Positions 43,536-57,436 of a DNA stretch of 64,000 bases are shown here, piece by piece (within the stretch, counting starts at the first letter, position 1; each line of letters starts with the position of its first letter). Position numbers and translations under genes: made by a program. The stretch is from Eledone cirrhosa (taxonomy: Eukaryota): assembly GCA_964016885.1 (NCBI GenBank), contig CAXHJY010001736.1, positions 1-64,000 on the forward strand, in the 5' to 3' direction. The notes below the pieces were generated by a model. The model ran no database searches. It was not told the DNA's origin and worked only from the letters and a program-made list of their open reading frames with translations.

Positions 43536-43683
43536 ATGGTGGCTGCCAACTCGTTTTCGAGTATGGCCACTACTTTATATCCATGTAGGAGAACTCCTAC
43601 CGATGCGCTGAACGAGTGTGACTTTTTAGTCCAGCCAGCGACTTGAAAACAAGTTGACTCGAAAACAAGTTGGCAACCACCAT
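43536..43683 (-). mobile_element. RTE-derived element, copy 6 (short, with an inverted 3' tip)
   Basis: 43536-43650 on minus; 43657-43683 is the terminus in plus orientation followed by (TATG)n. Confidence 0.8.
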
Positions 43684-44249
43684 ATATGTATGTATGTATA
43701 TATGTGTGTATGTATATATATATGTATATATGTATGTATACATACATACATACATACATACGTACGTACATACGTACATACATACGTACGTACGTACGAC
43801 CGCTAAACTAAATGAAATTTGAGTTACCATGTAATTTTTACTTTGCAGAAGAGGATACACTTAAATAATTTTATTCTCTTTTGTGTGGAAGGGGAGAAGT
43901 TCGGGAAGGTTCTGTTTCCTCTGGTGAAACTTCTACTGGTATCAATTAACATGAAATAACACTAGAGGCTTTAGTGTAACTGTTTAGGGGAGGATAACTC
44001 CTCTTAAATTGGATTGAAGCGACATGATCAATTGTAATGTCGATATGGCCTGCAACGGTGTATTTGTGGTGGTGGTGGTGGTGGTGGTGGTGGTGGTGGT
44101 TTTATTGGTGGTTGTGGTGGTGGTGATAGTAGCAGTAGTTAGTGGTTGTAGTAGTAGTGGTAGTGGCGGTATTGTAAGAGTTGAAACCTCCTAGAGGTCA
44201 AGTAGAAAAATGAAATAATGGTTCCTGATTTAGACACAAGGCCACAATC

Positions 44250-46115
44250 AGCACAGTGATCCCCAACCTACCCACTCCACCACCACCACCACCTCCACAA
44301 TCTGCACAATGACCTCAGCTCCACCACCACCACTTCTATCTCCACAGTGAGCTCAGCTTCTCCACCACCACCACCACCACCACCACCAACACCACCACTT
44401 CTATCTTCACAGTGACCCCCCAGCTTCTCCATCCCACCACCACTACCCCACAGTGACCTCGGCTTTACCACTCCACCACCACCTCCACAATCTCTACAGT
44501 GACCCCAGCTTCTCCACTCCACTCCACCTCCACAATCTCTACAGTGACCCCCAGCTTTACCACACCACCACCACCGCCAACACCACAATCTCTACAGTGA
44601 CCCCCAGCTTCTCCACTCCACCACCACCTCCACAATCTCTACAGTGACCCCCAGCTTTACCACACCACCACCACCGCCAACACCACAATCTCTACAGTGA
44701 CCCCAGCTTCTCCAATCCACTCCACCACCACCTCCACAATCTCTACAGTGACCCCAGCTTCTCCACTCCACTCCACCACCACCTCCACAATCTCTACAGT
44801 GACCCCCAGCTTCTCCACTCCACCACCACAATCTCTACAGTGACCCCAGCTTCTCCACTCCACCACCACAATCTCTACAGTGACCCCCAGCTTCTCCACC
44901 ACCACAATCTCTACAGTGACCCCAGCTTCTCCACTCCACCACCACAATCTCTACAGTGACCCCAGCTTCTCCACTCCACCACCACAATCTCTACAGTGAC
45001 CCCCAGCTTCTCCACCACCACCACCACAATCTCTACAGTGACCCCAGCTTCTCCACTCCACCACCACAATCTCTACAGTGACCCCCAGCTTCTCCACTCC
45101 ACTCCACCACCACCTCCACAATCTTTACAGTGACCCCCAGCTTCTCCACTCCACCACCACAATCTCTACAGTGACCCCAGCTTCTCCACTCCACCACCAC
45201 AATCTCTACAGTGACCCCAGCTTCTCCACTCTACCACCACAATCTCTACAGTGACCCCAGCTTCTCCACTCCACCACCACAATCTCTACAGTGACCCCCA
45301 GCTTCTCCACTCCACTCCACCACCACCTCCACAATCTTTACAGTGACCCCCAGCTTCTCCATCCCACCACCACAATCTCTACAGTGACCCCAGCTTCTCC
45401 ACTCCACCACCACCTCCACAATCTCTACAGTGACCCCAGCTTCTCCACTCCACTCCACCACCACCTCCACAATCTCTACAGTGACCCCCAGCTTTACCAC
45501 ACCACTCCACCACCACCTCCACAATCTCTACAGTGACCCCAGCTTCTCCACTCCACCACCACCTCCACAATCTCTACAGTGACCCCCAGCTTCTCCACTC
45601 CACCACCACCTCCACAATCTCTACAGTGACCCCAGCTTCTCCACTCCACCACCACAATCTCTACAGTGACCCCCAGCTTCTCCACTCCACCACCACAATC
45701 TCTACAGTGACCCCAGCTTCTCCACTCCACTCCACCACCACCTCCACAATCTCTACAGTGACCCCAGCTTCTCCACTCCACCACCACCTCCACAATCTCT
45801 ACAGTGACCCCCAGCTTCTCCACTCCACCACCACAATCCCTACAGTGACCCCAGCTTCTCCACTCCACCACCACAATCTCTACAGTGACCCCAGCTTCCC
45901 CACTCCACTCCACCACCACCTCCACAATCTCTACAGTGACCCCCAGCTTCTCCACTCCACCACCAACACCACAATCTCTACAGTGACCCCAGCTTCTCCA
46001 CTCCACCACCACAATCTCTACAGTGACCCCAGCTTCTCCACTCCACTCCACCACCACCTCCACAATCTCTACAGTGACCCCAGCTTCTCCACACCACCAC
46101 CAACACCACCACCAC
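44250..46115. repeat. ~40-50-bp variable minisatellite (acaatctctacagtgaccccagcttctccactccaccacc)
   Basis: About 40 tandem units. Confidence 0.95.
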
Positions 46116-46216
46116 TATCATATCTATATTTCTACCACCACCATCAGATAGTTATAAACACACGGAGTACGTGACTTTTCAAGACCTCCAATCTGACCTA
46201 TATTACATACATATAT

Positions 46217-47610
46217 ATTGTCCTGGGTATGACATTAAACTACACCCAGTGGCAAGGCTCCAGTTCGGGAGTTCAGGAGATGTGGGGAATGTGGAGTTAC
46301 CCCTTAGTTGTCATGACTCCCAGGTCTGCCCTGGCCCGGGGTGGTAGTACCTGTTAGGGCTCCATTTATGGGTTAAATAACTACCTTATTCGAGTGGCGC
46401 TGGTAAGGTATTGTCAGCCATTGAAAAGAAATATGGAGAGTCGATCTATCAGCACTAGGGTTAGAGCCCCTAATTACACTGTCAAGGAGCAGCCTGGTCG
46501 TTATGACTCTGCTGGCTTAGAGCCACAGAGAGGGCCAGTGGATGATGGATCAGCTGTCTCTGAGACAAATATAAAGAATGCAGTTTTGTCCTGCAGAAGA
46601 GCCATCAAAATGGGCACTTTGAATGTGAGGACTATTCGGACGCTGGAGAAGAGAGAGGAGTTGGGACAGAGCCCTTCACCAGAGAGGAGCTTCAGAGAGC
46701 CAAGAAGAGGATCAAGGAGGGCAAGGCTCATGGAGAAGATGGAGTGGCATCAGAGGTGATGAAGAGGTGTGATTTTGATGATATCATCCTGGGGTTCTGT
46801 AACGGGGCACTAGAGAAAGGAGTTGCCCCGAATCAGTGGGGGATCAGTAACATCGTCCCAGTGCCAAAGAAGGGAGATCTCTCTAACACCAACAACTACC
46901 GGGGGATCTCACTGACGTCACTTGTGGAAAAGACCCTCAACAGGATGATTCTTAACAGGATCCAGCCTGAGATGGAGAAGAAGCTCAGGGACAACCAGAA
47001 CGGCTTCAGAGAGGGTAGATCAACCACCAGTCACATCCTGATGCTGAGGAAGATATTAGAGGGAGCTAGAGCAAAGTGCCTTCCTGCGGTCATGGTTTTC
47101 ATTGACTTTAGGAAGGCCTTTGATTCTGTGGACCGTTACTGCCTGATGAAGATCTTACAGACTTATGGAATCTCCAAGAAGATAGTGGACCTGATATCAC
47201 TGCTCTACACCAACACCAAAGCCCAAGTCATTACACCTGATGGGATGACAGAGTTCTTTGAGATACTGGCTGGAGTGCTCCAGGGAGATACATTGGCTCC
47301 CTACCTTTTTATCATCGTAGTGGACTATTGTATGCGCCTTGCACTGGAGAAACACCAGGACTCTGGCTTTACTGTACCACCGGCTCAGAGCAGGAGAGTT
47401 AGGGCGAAAAAGGTATCGGATACTGAATTTGCCGACGACATAGTTTTGGTGACAAATACAGTGAAGGAGGCAGAGGATTTGATGCGGGAGGTTGAGACTG
47501 TGTCGATGAGTGTGGGGCTGAGAATGAATGAGACTAAAACAAAATATCTGGTAGAGAATGTTGAGAAGCCAGAGGGGATCACTAATGTAGGCGGGAATCT
47601 GACCAACTAG
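46217..47610 (+). mobile_element. RTE-clade LINE remnant: 5' UTR and APE start fused by deletion to RT; 3'-truncated
   Basis: IKMGTLNVRTI (APE N-terminus) at ~46605; ORF 46744-47610 has PVPKKGD..NYRGISL, QNGFREGRST, FIDFRKAFDSV, GVLQGDTLAPYLF, FADD and GLRMNETKTK. Confidence 0.9.
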
Positions 47611-47641
47611 CTGCTTTCACCTCGGCCAGTCGCCTTCATAT

Positions 47642-47681
<40 letters not shown>

Positions 47682-47842
47682 TATAGTATTAAGGATACTA
47701 TTTATGGTTATGTATATACTAAAACCTTTTATAGTTATATATATATTATACCCTAAATAGTGAAAGACAGTAATTTATTACTATCTTATTACCAGTAAGA
47801 TAAATAGCTCAATGTAACAACATCAGTTGTTCTACAGAGCAG

Positions 47843-47908
<66 letters not shown>

Positions 47909-48267
47909 CGATACAATACAATAGGTGAAACGAAAACATTTGCGTTGTTAAAATGGCTGAAAACTTGAGCAAGCAGAAGCCACTTTGGAAGTGAAGAGGG
48001 TGTGCTTAGACAAAGATGCGTTACTAGTCGCGCAGGAGAACTGAGAACTTCTTTGGGCCCCTGACGGCAATAATGATGGTGGTGGTGTGAGAGACAGTGA
48101 CAGAGAGAGAGGGTGCGTGTGTCCGTTTAATAACTTTATAATGCTGATGGTGTTGGTGTTGGTGGTCGTGGAGATGTGGTATGGGGGTGGTGATGGGGAT
48201 GATAATGCCAATAGCGATGGTGGCGGAGATGATGATGATGATATTATTGGTGATGATAGGGCGGTGG

Positions 48268-48449
48268 ATTGACAGTATCGGTAGAGGGTCGGACGCCATG
48301 CTTTGCAGCATAGAGTTATGTCCCTTTATGTTCTGGGCTCAAATCCCGCCGAGGTTAACTTTGCCTTTCATCCTTACGGGGTCGATAAAATAAAGTACCA
48401 GTAATGTACTGGAGTAATTGCTGGCCTTGTGTCAAAAGTAGAAACAATT
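48268..48449 (+). mobile_element. SINE S1
   Basis: Full copy on plus. Confidence 0.85.
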
Positions 48450-49760
48450 ATTGGTGGTGATAGTTGTTGGTGGCGGGGATAGCAGTGGTAGTGGTGGTAG
48501 TGGTGGTAGTGGTGGTAGTGGTGGAGATAGTAGTGCTATTTATGATGGTGTAGATGGTGGTGGTACTAGTTAGGATAATGGTGGCGGTGGTGGAGATAGT
48601 GATGGTGGTGGTGGTACTAGTACTAGTTAGGATAAAGGTGGTGGAGATGGTATTGGTGGTGGTGGTACTAGTTAGGATAGTGGTGGCGGTGGTGGAGATA
48701 GTGATGGTGGTGGTGGTACTAATACTAGTTAGGATAATGGTGGTGGTGGTGGAGATGGTGGTGGTGGTACTAGTACTAGTTAGGATAATGGTGGTGGTGG
48801 TGGAGATGGTATTGGTGGTGGTGGTACTAGTACTAGTTAGGATAATGGTGGCGGTGGTGGAGATAGTGATGGTGGTGGTGGTACTAGTACTAGTTATGCT
48901 AATGGTGGCGGTGGAGAGGATGGTGGTGGTAGTGGTTATAGTAGTGCTAGCTATGATAGTGGCGGCGGTGGAGATGATGATGATGGTGGTGGTGGTGGTG
49001 GTTATACTAATGCTAGTTGTGATAATGGTGGCGGTGGAGAGGATGGTAGCGGTGGTGGTAGTAGTGGTTATAGTAGAGCTAGCTATGGTAATGGTGGAGA
49101 TGGTGGTGGTTGTTGTTATACTAGAGCTAGTTATGATAACGGTGGTGGTGGAGAGGATGGTGGTGTTAGTGGTTGTAGCAGTGCTATTTATGATAGTGGT
49201 GGCGGAGGTGGTGCAGATAATAGTGCTGGTAGCAGTGATGGCGGCGGGGTATTCAAGGCTATCGTACAAATATCTGCACGTAACCAAGCGTACTATTCAA
49301 TATAGTTATGAGAATTTCTTTCTTTCAGTGCTTCCAACACACCACCACACACCACCACCAACACGTCCACCAACACATCGCCACCACCAGCACCACACAC
49401 CACCACCAACACATCGCCACCACCACCACCAACACATCGCTACCACCACCACCACACACCACCACCAACACGTCCACCAACACACCGCCACCAACACACC
49501 ACCACCAACACGACCACCACCAACACGACCCCCCCCCCACCAACACCCCACCACCACACACCACCGCCACCACTACTACTACCAACACCCCACCATCGAC
49601 ACCACCACCACGAACACACCGCCACCACCACCACTGCCACCACTATTAACACCCCATCGTCGACACCACCACCACCATTACTGACAACGCACCACCATCA
49701 CCAACATTACACTGATACCGCACAACAACACCACCACCACCACCACCACCACCAGATACC
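48450..49760. repeat. (GGT)n-derived minisatellite followed by a (CCA)n-rich tract
   Basis: ggtactagtactagttaggataatggtgg units, then acc/cac repeats. Confidence 0.85.
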
Positions 49761-49918
49761 AATATCATTTACGAGAAATTCTTCTTTACTGTTGATTGTA
49801 GAACTTACAGAAAAAGGCAGGAAAAAAATCTTGTTCAACAAGTTACGAAACAGTGGCCTTCAAACAGAAATATCTTGGCTGGCTCTGTATCAACATATCA
49901 GCTATGGCTGCTCCTGAT

Positions 49919-50427
49919 CAGTGCTACCGAAAGTTTTTTTCAAAACGTACAGAATTTTTTTTAAAAACTTACAGAATCTGACCAAAACGTACAGAATTTT
50001 ACTAAATCCCCCAATTACAATCAAAAACACTCTTTTTATACATATTTTTGAAGTTAACAACATTTATTGACAATTTAAACATAAGGGCATCAAAAAGAAA
50101 CGCCATCTTCCTGAGCAGATTCTCTGTTGTACCAATTTTTTTCAAATAATGCTTTGCAAAGATGTTCATCGGGCTCCCGCGTCGTGCAGTCGGCATGTCG
50201 TAACAAATATTTCGACCTAACAAGAGCGTTAAGAGTGGAAGTTTTCAAACAATTTCGATTCTTTGTTTTAAATAAAGTGGAGAACAGAGAAAATGCGTCA
50301 AAACATGAATTTTATAAACCGATGGCAAGATCACTAAAACGTACAGCAAATTCGTCCGAACGTACAACACATCAAAATGTTGAGCAAAACGTAGTTTTGT
50401 ACGAACGTACACTCATCAGCAGCGCTG
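49919..50427. mobile_element. Non-autonomous hAT element
   Basis: 8-bp TSD CTCCTGAT at 49911-49918 and 50428-50435; imperfect TIR cagtgctaccga/tcagcagcgctg; subterminal aaacgtacag repeats. Confidence 0.8.
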
Positions 50428-51149
50428 CTCCTGATACTGTTGTTTGGTCGTCTGTTTTTAGTTGTTTGGTCGGTTGGTTTGTTAGTTGGTTGGTTGGTTG
50501 GCTGGTTTGTTGGTTCGTTGCTGGCTGGTTGGCTGACTGGCTAGTTGATTGGTTGGTTGGCTGGCTGGTCGGTTGGCTGGTCGGTTGGCTGGTTGGCTAG
50601 TTGGCTGGTTTGTTGGTTTGTTGGTTCGTTGGCTGGCTAGTTAATTGGTTGGTTGGCTGGCTGGAAGGCTGGTTGGTTGGTAGGCTAGCTGGTTGGCTGG
50701 TTTGTTAGTTGGTTAGTTGGCTGGCTAGTTGGTTGGTTGGTTTGTTGGCTGGCAAGTTAATTGGTTGGTTGGTTGGCTGGCTGGTTGGCTGGTTGGTTGG
50801 TTGGCTGGTTTGTTAGTTGGTTGGTTGGCTGGCTGATTGTTTTTATTTTCGGTTTTTGTGTTTTTATTGTTGCACTTTTCAATCATCTATTTGGTGTTGT
50901 AATTGTTGTTGTTGGGGGGTGGTGGTGTTGTTGTTGTTGTTGTTGGTGTAGATGATGATGTTAGTTTTGTTGTTGTAGATGTTGTTGGTGTTTTTCTTGT
51001 TGGTGGTGTAGATGTTGTTAATGCTGTAGATATTGTTGTTATTGTTGATGTAGTCGTTGTCGTAGTTGTTATTGTTGCAATTGTTATGGTAGATGTTGTT
51101 ATTGTTGTAGATATTGTTGTTGTAGTCTAATCAAGATAGAATTTGACCA

Positions 51150-51790
51150 AATGAGGTTTATTGTTCAACATAGTCTACCTTATGGTCCACACACTTCTTC
51201 CATTGGTGTTGCACTGCTTGGATCCCATTAACCTTTAGCATCTACATTGCTCTATATTTGCTATAAAGCAATTATATTTTCTCGGTAAACACTTACATAA
51301 TTATCTCACATATTATTGAATCTATGAAATTTTGATATTATTTATTTTGAGAACAATACCTTAACATCAGTATGAGTGGTCAGTTATGGCAGGTTTGAAC
51401 AGAAAGAGGTGAGAGAATTCTGGCCGGATATCGTCGGTTTAAATGATAAAAGGTTAACGAAGAAGCTTTCGTCCTCTTTTTCAAAAAAAACAGTTACGAT
51501 ACTGGTTCCCAGCCAAGTGTTTTTTCATGTTGAGAAACAGGTGATAGTCAGATGGGGGCCAAATCAGGAGAATAAGGACTGTGATCAACCAGTTCAAAGC
51601 CAAAACCTCAGTCGCGCACAACAGCCATTGAAACAAAGGACTTATGTGCTTGAGCATTGTCCTGATAAAACAAGACCCCCTTTCGTCAGTTTTCCTTGAT
51701 GTTTGGTCTTGATAGTCTTTCGTAACTGCCTTAACAAGTTGGTACAGTACTCTCCATTGATGGTGCGACCATTTTGAATATAATTAATTA
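51150..51790 (-). pseudogene. Decayed mariner transposase C-terminus, interrupted by a piggyBac-like MITE
   Basis: Minus-strand peptides LFYQDNAQAH, YSPDLAP/SDYHLF (frameshifted) and GIQAVQHQWKKCVDHKVDYVEQ*. Confidence 0.8.
51232..51453. mobile_element. piggyBac-like MITE, copy 2
   Basis: TTAA flanks; homologous to 29510-29730. Confidence 0.75.
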
Positions 51791-52107
51791 ACACAATGTT
51801 TTTTTTGTATTGTATTGTGACTATTGACTATCTTCAAAGGTTAGTTAAATACCGTCCTTTATGTTCTTAGTTCAAACCCCACTCTAGGGAACTTCTTCGC
51901 CTGTTATCCTTCCGGAATACCAGTCAAATACTTGGGTCGATATAATAACCCCCCTCCCAGGCTTTCCCCTCACACCTCTACCCAATTGCGGCACGATGCA
52001 CTTTACTCCAAGGTCACAATAAATGTACTATCTGTCATGTATTGATTAAACCAATTGACGACTTCGTGTCCTTGTGGATAAACTGAGGTATCGCTCTAAC
52101 AGTTATC

Positions 52108-52800
52108 ATGTTGTTGTTGTTGTTGTTGTTGTTGTCGTTGTTGTTGTTGTCGTCGTCGTCGTTGTTGTCGTCGTCGTCGTCGTTGTTGTCGTCGTCGTCG
52201 TCGTTGTTGTCGTCGTCGTCGTCGTCGTTGTTATTGCCGTTGTCGTCGTCGTTGTTATTGCCGTTGTCGTCGTCGTTGTTGTTGTTGCCGTTGTTGTTGT
52301 TGTTGTTATTGTCGTTGTTATTGTTGTGGTTATTGCTGCCATTGCAGTTGTTATCGTTACTGTTGTGGTTGTTCTTGTTGTTGTTATCGTAGTTGTTGTT
52401 GTTGTAGTCGTTATCGTTGTTGTTATTGCTGTTGTTGTGATTGTTATAGTTGTTCTTGCTGTTGTTGTTTGTTATCGTTGTTATTATTGTGGTTGTTGTT
52501 GTTGTTATCCTTATCATGTTCTTACTCTTCTACTTATTTAATATTCTATCATACTTCGCGTTAGTTTTCTTGTTGATGTTGTTGTTGATGATGATGATGA
52601 TGATGATGATGATGTCGTTGTTGTTGTCATTGTTGATGTTGTCGTTGATGTCGCTGTTGTTGTCGTTGTCGTTGTTGTTGTTGTCGTCGTTGTCGTCGTT
52701 GTCGTTGTTGTTGTTGTTGTTGTCGTTGTCGTTGTTGTCGTCGTTGATGTCGTTGTTGTTGATGTCGTTGTTGTTGTTGTCGTTATCGTTGTTGTTGTTG
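52108..52800. repeat. (GTT/GTC/GAT)n trinucleotide mosaic
   Basis: Direct observation. Confidence 0.9.
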
Positions 52801-53035
52801 GTCAAGGCCAGAGAAAAACAAAACTCTATATTGAGAATTCTCAAAATATTTTCTGAACTTCGTCCTTAATAAATAAGCTTGTTATACAGCTGTTACGAAA
52901 CAGCGGCTTTCGTTGGACACAAATATCCTGGCTCTGTATCAAGACATCATCTTTACTTGTTTTCTTGCTGTTATTGTTGTTGTTGTTGTTGTTTAAAATC
53001 CTTTTGTCTGACTGTCTATCGTTTTATTTTTAAAT

Positions 53036-54378
53036 CAAGCATGTCAAACATGCGGCCCTTTATAAGCACACCTGCGGCCCGCAATAAAGGTGTTTTTTTT
53101 ACAGCGTGGGCATGTTATAAAATAAAAAAAAATATTAGTTGTAATGTGCGCAATTAGTTGTTGTCTGTGGCCCTCAGACAACACTTATGACCCATGTGGC
53201 CCTCGGGACACCCTCAGACAACACATATGTGACCCATGTTGCCCTCGGGAGACCCTCAGACAACACTTATGACCCATGTGGCCCTCGGGACACCCTCAGA
53301 CAACACATATGTGACCCATGTTGCCCTCGGGAGACCCTCAGACAACACTTATGACCCATGTGGCCCTCGGGACACCCTCAGACAACACATATGTGACCCA
53401 TGTTGCCCTCGGGAGACCCTCAGATAACACACATGTGACCCATGTGGTCCTCAGGATACCCTCAGATAACACGTGATCCATGTGGCCCTCGGGAGACCCT
53501 CAGATAACACACATTTGATCCATGTGGTCCGCGGGGGGGGGGGGGGGGGGGGCGTCAGATAACACATATGTGACCTATGTGACCCTCGGGGAACCCTCAG
53601 ATAACATAAGTGACCCATGTGGCTCTCGGAAGACCCTCGGACAACACATATGTGGCCCATGTGGCCCTCGGGGAACCCTCAGATAAAATAAGTGACCCAT
53701 GTGGCCCTCGGAAGACCCTCGGACAACACATATGTGACCCATGTGACCCTCGGGGGAGCCTCAGATAAAATAAATGACCCATGTGGCTCTCGGAAGACCC
53801 TCGGACAACACATATGTGACCCATGTGGCCCTCGGGGAACCCTCAGATAAAATAAATGACCCATGTGGCCCTCGGACAACACATATGTGACCCATGTGGC
53901 CCTCGGGGAACCCTCAGATAAAATAAGTGACCCATGTGGCCCTCGGAAGACCCTCGGACAACACATATGTGACCCATGTGACCCTCGGGGGAGCCTTAGA
54001 TAACATAAGTGACCCATGTGGCCCTCGGAAGACCCTTGGACAACACATATGTGACCCATGTGGCCCTCGGGGAACCCTCAGATAAAATAAGTGACCCATG
54101 TGGCCCTCGGAAGACCCTCGGACAACACATATGTGACCCATGTGATCCTCGGGGGAGCCTTAGATAACATAAGTGACCCATGTGGCCCTCGGAAGACCCT
54201 CGGACAACACATATGTGACCCATGTGGCCCTCGGGGAACCCTCAGATAACATAAGTGACCCATGTGGCTCTCGGAAGACCCTCGGACAACACATATGTGA
54301 CCCATGTGACCCTCGGGGGAGCCTTAGATAACATAAGTGACCCATGTGGCCCTCGGAAGACCCACGGTGAACATAAGT
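53036..54378. mobile_element. hAT MITE of the 30572 family with its interior expanded into a ~41/82-bp satellite
   Basis: caagcatgtcaaacatgcggccc...gtgcgcaatt is the reverse complement of ~30680-30789; tandem gacccatgtggccctcgg units span 53165-54362. Confidence 0.85.
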
Positions 54379-54700
54379 TCTGTGGAATCGTAGACGAGAG
54401 AGAGAAAAAAGGCGAACCGGCCTGACCAAGCGTGCGAAAGAAAATAATTACGCACAGGTCAAACGGGAAGAAGGAGGAGGAGGAGAGGTAGTAACAGAGT
54501 GAGTGAGTGAGTGAGTGAAGGGTGAGGAAGAGGCTAACAGAGAGAGTGACTGTTAGAGAGGGTAAAGATAGAGAGAAAGTGGAAAGCAGTAAGAACGAAA
54601 TAGACGGGTCACAGCGAGGGAAAAAATATGTGTAAATATGAGAATAGACCTGCTGCGTGGTTGCAAACGTGTTACATATGAATAAAGTTAGTCCTTCAGT

Positions 54701-54742
<42 letters not shown>

Positions 54743-55089
54743 TAATAATAATAGGCTGCCCGTTGCAAATGGTGGGGCATGTGAAAAAGTAGGTCCTTCA
54801 TCAGTGACCCTCCAACCGTCCCAGGCATTTCATCGCTTTAAGGGCCATATGCCTCAGGTTGGTGCGAACAACGGCTAAAAAAAGTCGTTGGGACACGTAA
54901 ACAAAGGGGACGCCAGGGTAACAAACAAAAAAGTTTAAGCAACGGAAAGTGAGAGGAAATAGACAAGTCCCAGATCTCTATGAATATAAACTCGGTGAAA
55001 TCGTGAACAAGAGACAAAAGACCATCAAACCTGGTTGAAATGTGAGCAAGGAAAGAATTTCGCCCAAGTTTGATATATATATATATATA

Positions 55090-55995
55090 TATATATAAGA
55101 CTGAAGATGTCTGTCTGTGTGTGTGTGAGTTTGAATCCCTAAAACTCGAGAACCACCCAACCGACTGTTTTCAAACTTTACACATGTAATACTTATGATT
55201 CAGGGAGTGTTCTGAGGAAAAGAAATTTCAAATTTTCAATGCCCTAGGGACCACATTAGGCGATTTAGCGATCTCTCTCTATAATTCTTAGTCTTTCTCT
55301 TTTTAGATAGATACATACATATAACGTCGCACACTTATAATATTTGTCTGTATGTCCTGTCTGCATTACGTCACTTCCCTGAGGATGTCTGTCTGTGTGT
55401 GTGTAAGTTTCAATCCCTAAAACTCGAGAAGTACCCAACCAATTTTTTTCAAACTTTACATGTGTATTACTTATGTTTCAGGGAGTGTTATGCACATAAA
55501 AAATTCAACTTTTTGATCCCCTAGGGCCCGCATTAGGTGAAAAACGGCGTTTTTTAAGCTTTTTAGGGTTTTTTTGAGGCGTTACGTCAGACCGATTTCC
55601 TTGAAATTGTAACTATGTATTAGTCAGTCTCTTCTTCATACCGCGAGCAAAGAAAATCCAACTTTTGTTATGGCCCGCATTAGGTGAAAAACTTCATTTT
55701 TTTTCAGCTTTTTAGGGCTTTTTGGAGGCGTTACGTGTAGCCGATTTTCCTGAAATTTCAAGGCATATTATGGACATAAAAAAATTCATTTTCTTGATCC
55801 CTAGGGCCCGCATTGGGTGAAAACCTGCAGTTTTCCTGTTTCATCGAGAAAAATCTTAAAGATTATCCAGCCATCAGAGTATTCGGTTTATTTTCTTTAC
55901 ATATTGTCCAGGCATGCAGTTTTTCCACAATTAGGTCTGTTGGCGGCCCGCCTTCCAAAATACCGTATCCCGTGCAACGCCGGGTACCACTGCTA

Positions 55996-55996
<1 letters not shown>
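55090..55996 (+). mobile_element. Non-autonomous Helitron
   Basis: 5' tatataagactgaagatgtctgtctgtgtg (exact start lost in (TA)n), internal duplications, and 3' hairpin cccgtgcaacgccggg followed by CTAG|T. Confidence 0.8.
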
Positions 55997-56071
<75 letters not shown>

Positions 56072-56152
56072 GGTAAACAGAAATAACAACACAATCGGTA
56101 CAGTATATGGAAGGAATATATTAGGTTAACGCTTGAAATAGCAGGAAGAGGG

Positions 56153-56188
56153 TCTTAACGTTTTGGACGCTAGTCCTTCATCAGAAGA
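56153..56188 (-). ncRNA. Hammerhead (family A, G12 mutated)
   Basis: Reverse complement tctt-CTGATGA-a-ggac(tagc)gtcc-AAA-ACGT-T-aaga. Confidence 0.55.
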
Positions 56189-56276
56189 AAGAATGAGAAA
56201 TATGATAGATTGAAGGGACGGGCGGGGTGGAATTGGAATTTATATATAGAAAGTGAACAACACAGTATATAACTAC

Positions 56277-56342
56277 TCCATTACCAAAGGTTTCAGGACC
56301 CTAGAAAATATTAACATATGTCTAGCTCGCTCATCAGATGAA
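56277..56342 (-). ncRNA. Hammerhead ribozyme (family H, copy 2)
   Basis: Reverse complement ttcat-CTGATGA-...-GAA-ACCtttGGT-A-atgga; stem I differs from the 24308 copy (tctgt) yet still pairs. Confidence 0.7.
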
Positions 56343-56699
56343 AAGTTACTACTGTTGTTCACTTTCTAATTAAAGAGCTCTGTATTATACATAGAGCACT
56401 CTTTTTTCCTTTTTCCTTTGCTTTTTCTTCGGAAATACTTAACATATATATATATATATGTGTGTGTATGTGTGTATGACTGTGTACGTATGCGTATAGG
56501 TATGCATATATATGTGTGTGTGTATGTATGTGTGTGTACGTATGTGTGTATATGCATATTTATGTGTGTACACACAATAACTACGATGATCTGTACGCCA
56601 AGTAGATCATAAGACCTAGCCATCACTTCACGTGGATCACATGATGTTAATGATAATGGTGGCGGTGGTGGTGGTGGTGGTGGTATGTGTGAGTGTGTG

Positions 56700-57393
56700 T
56701 TGTGTGTAGATGGATGTATTGATAGACTATGTGTGTGTGTGTGTGGATGTATAGAAGGTGTGTGTGTGGATGGGTATATAGGTGTGGTTGTGTGCGTGTG
56801 TGTGTGTGTGGATGGATGTATAGAAGGGCTGTGAGTGTGGATGTATAGAAGGTGTGTGTGTGTGTGTGGATGGATATATAGAAGGGCTGTGTGTGTGTGG
56901 ATGTATAGATGGGGGTGTGTGGATGGGTATATAGGTGTGGTTGTGTGCGTGTGTGTGGATGGATGTATAGAAGGGCTGTGTGTGTGGATGTATAGAAGGT
57001 GTGTGTGTGTGTGGATGGATATATAGAAGGGCTGTGTGTGTGGATGTATAGAAGGTGTGCGTGTGTGTGGATGGATATATAGAAGGGCTGTGTGTGTGTG
57101 GATGTATAGAAGGTGTGTGTGTGGATGGGTATATAGGTGTGGTTGTGTGCGTGTGTGTGTGTGGGTGGATGTATAGAAGGGCTGTGTGTGTGGATGTATA
57201 GAAGGTGTGTGTGTGTGTGTGGATGGATATATAGAAGGGCTGTGTGTGTGTGGATGTATAGATGGGGGTGTGTGGGTGTATTTTCTCATCCTCAACAAGT
57301 GGTGGTGGTGTGTGTGAGTGTATGTTGTGTATATGTGTGTGTGTGATTGTAGATGAATGTATTGATAGGCTGTGTGTATGTATAGATGGACTG

Positions 57394-57436
<43 letters not shown>

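Noticed and set aside
47930-48075. Possible LINE 3' end with an (AAT/GAT) tail
   Set aside because: Peptide similarity too weak to assign.
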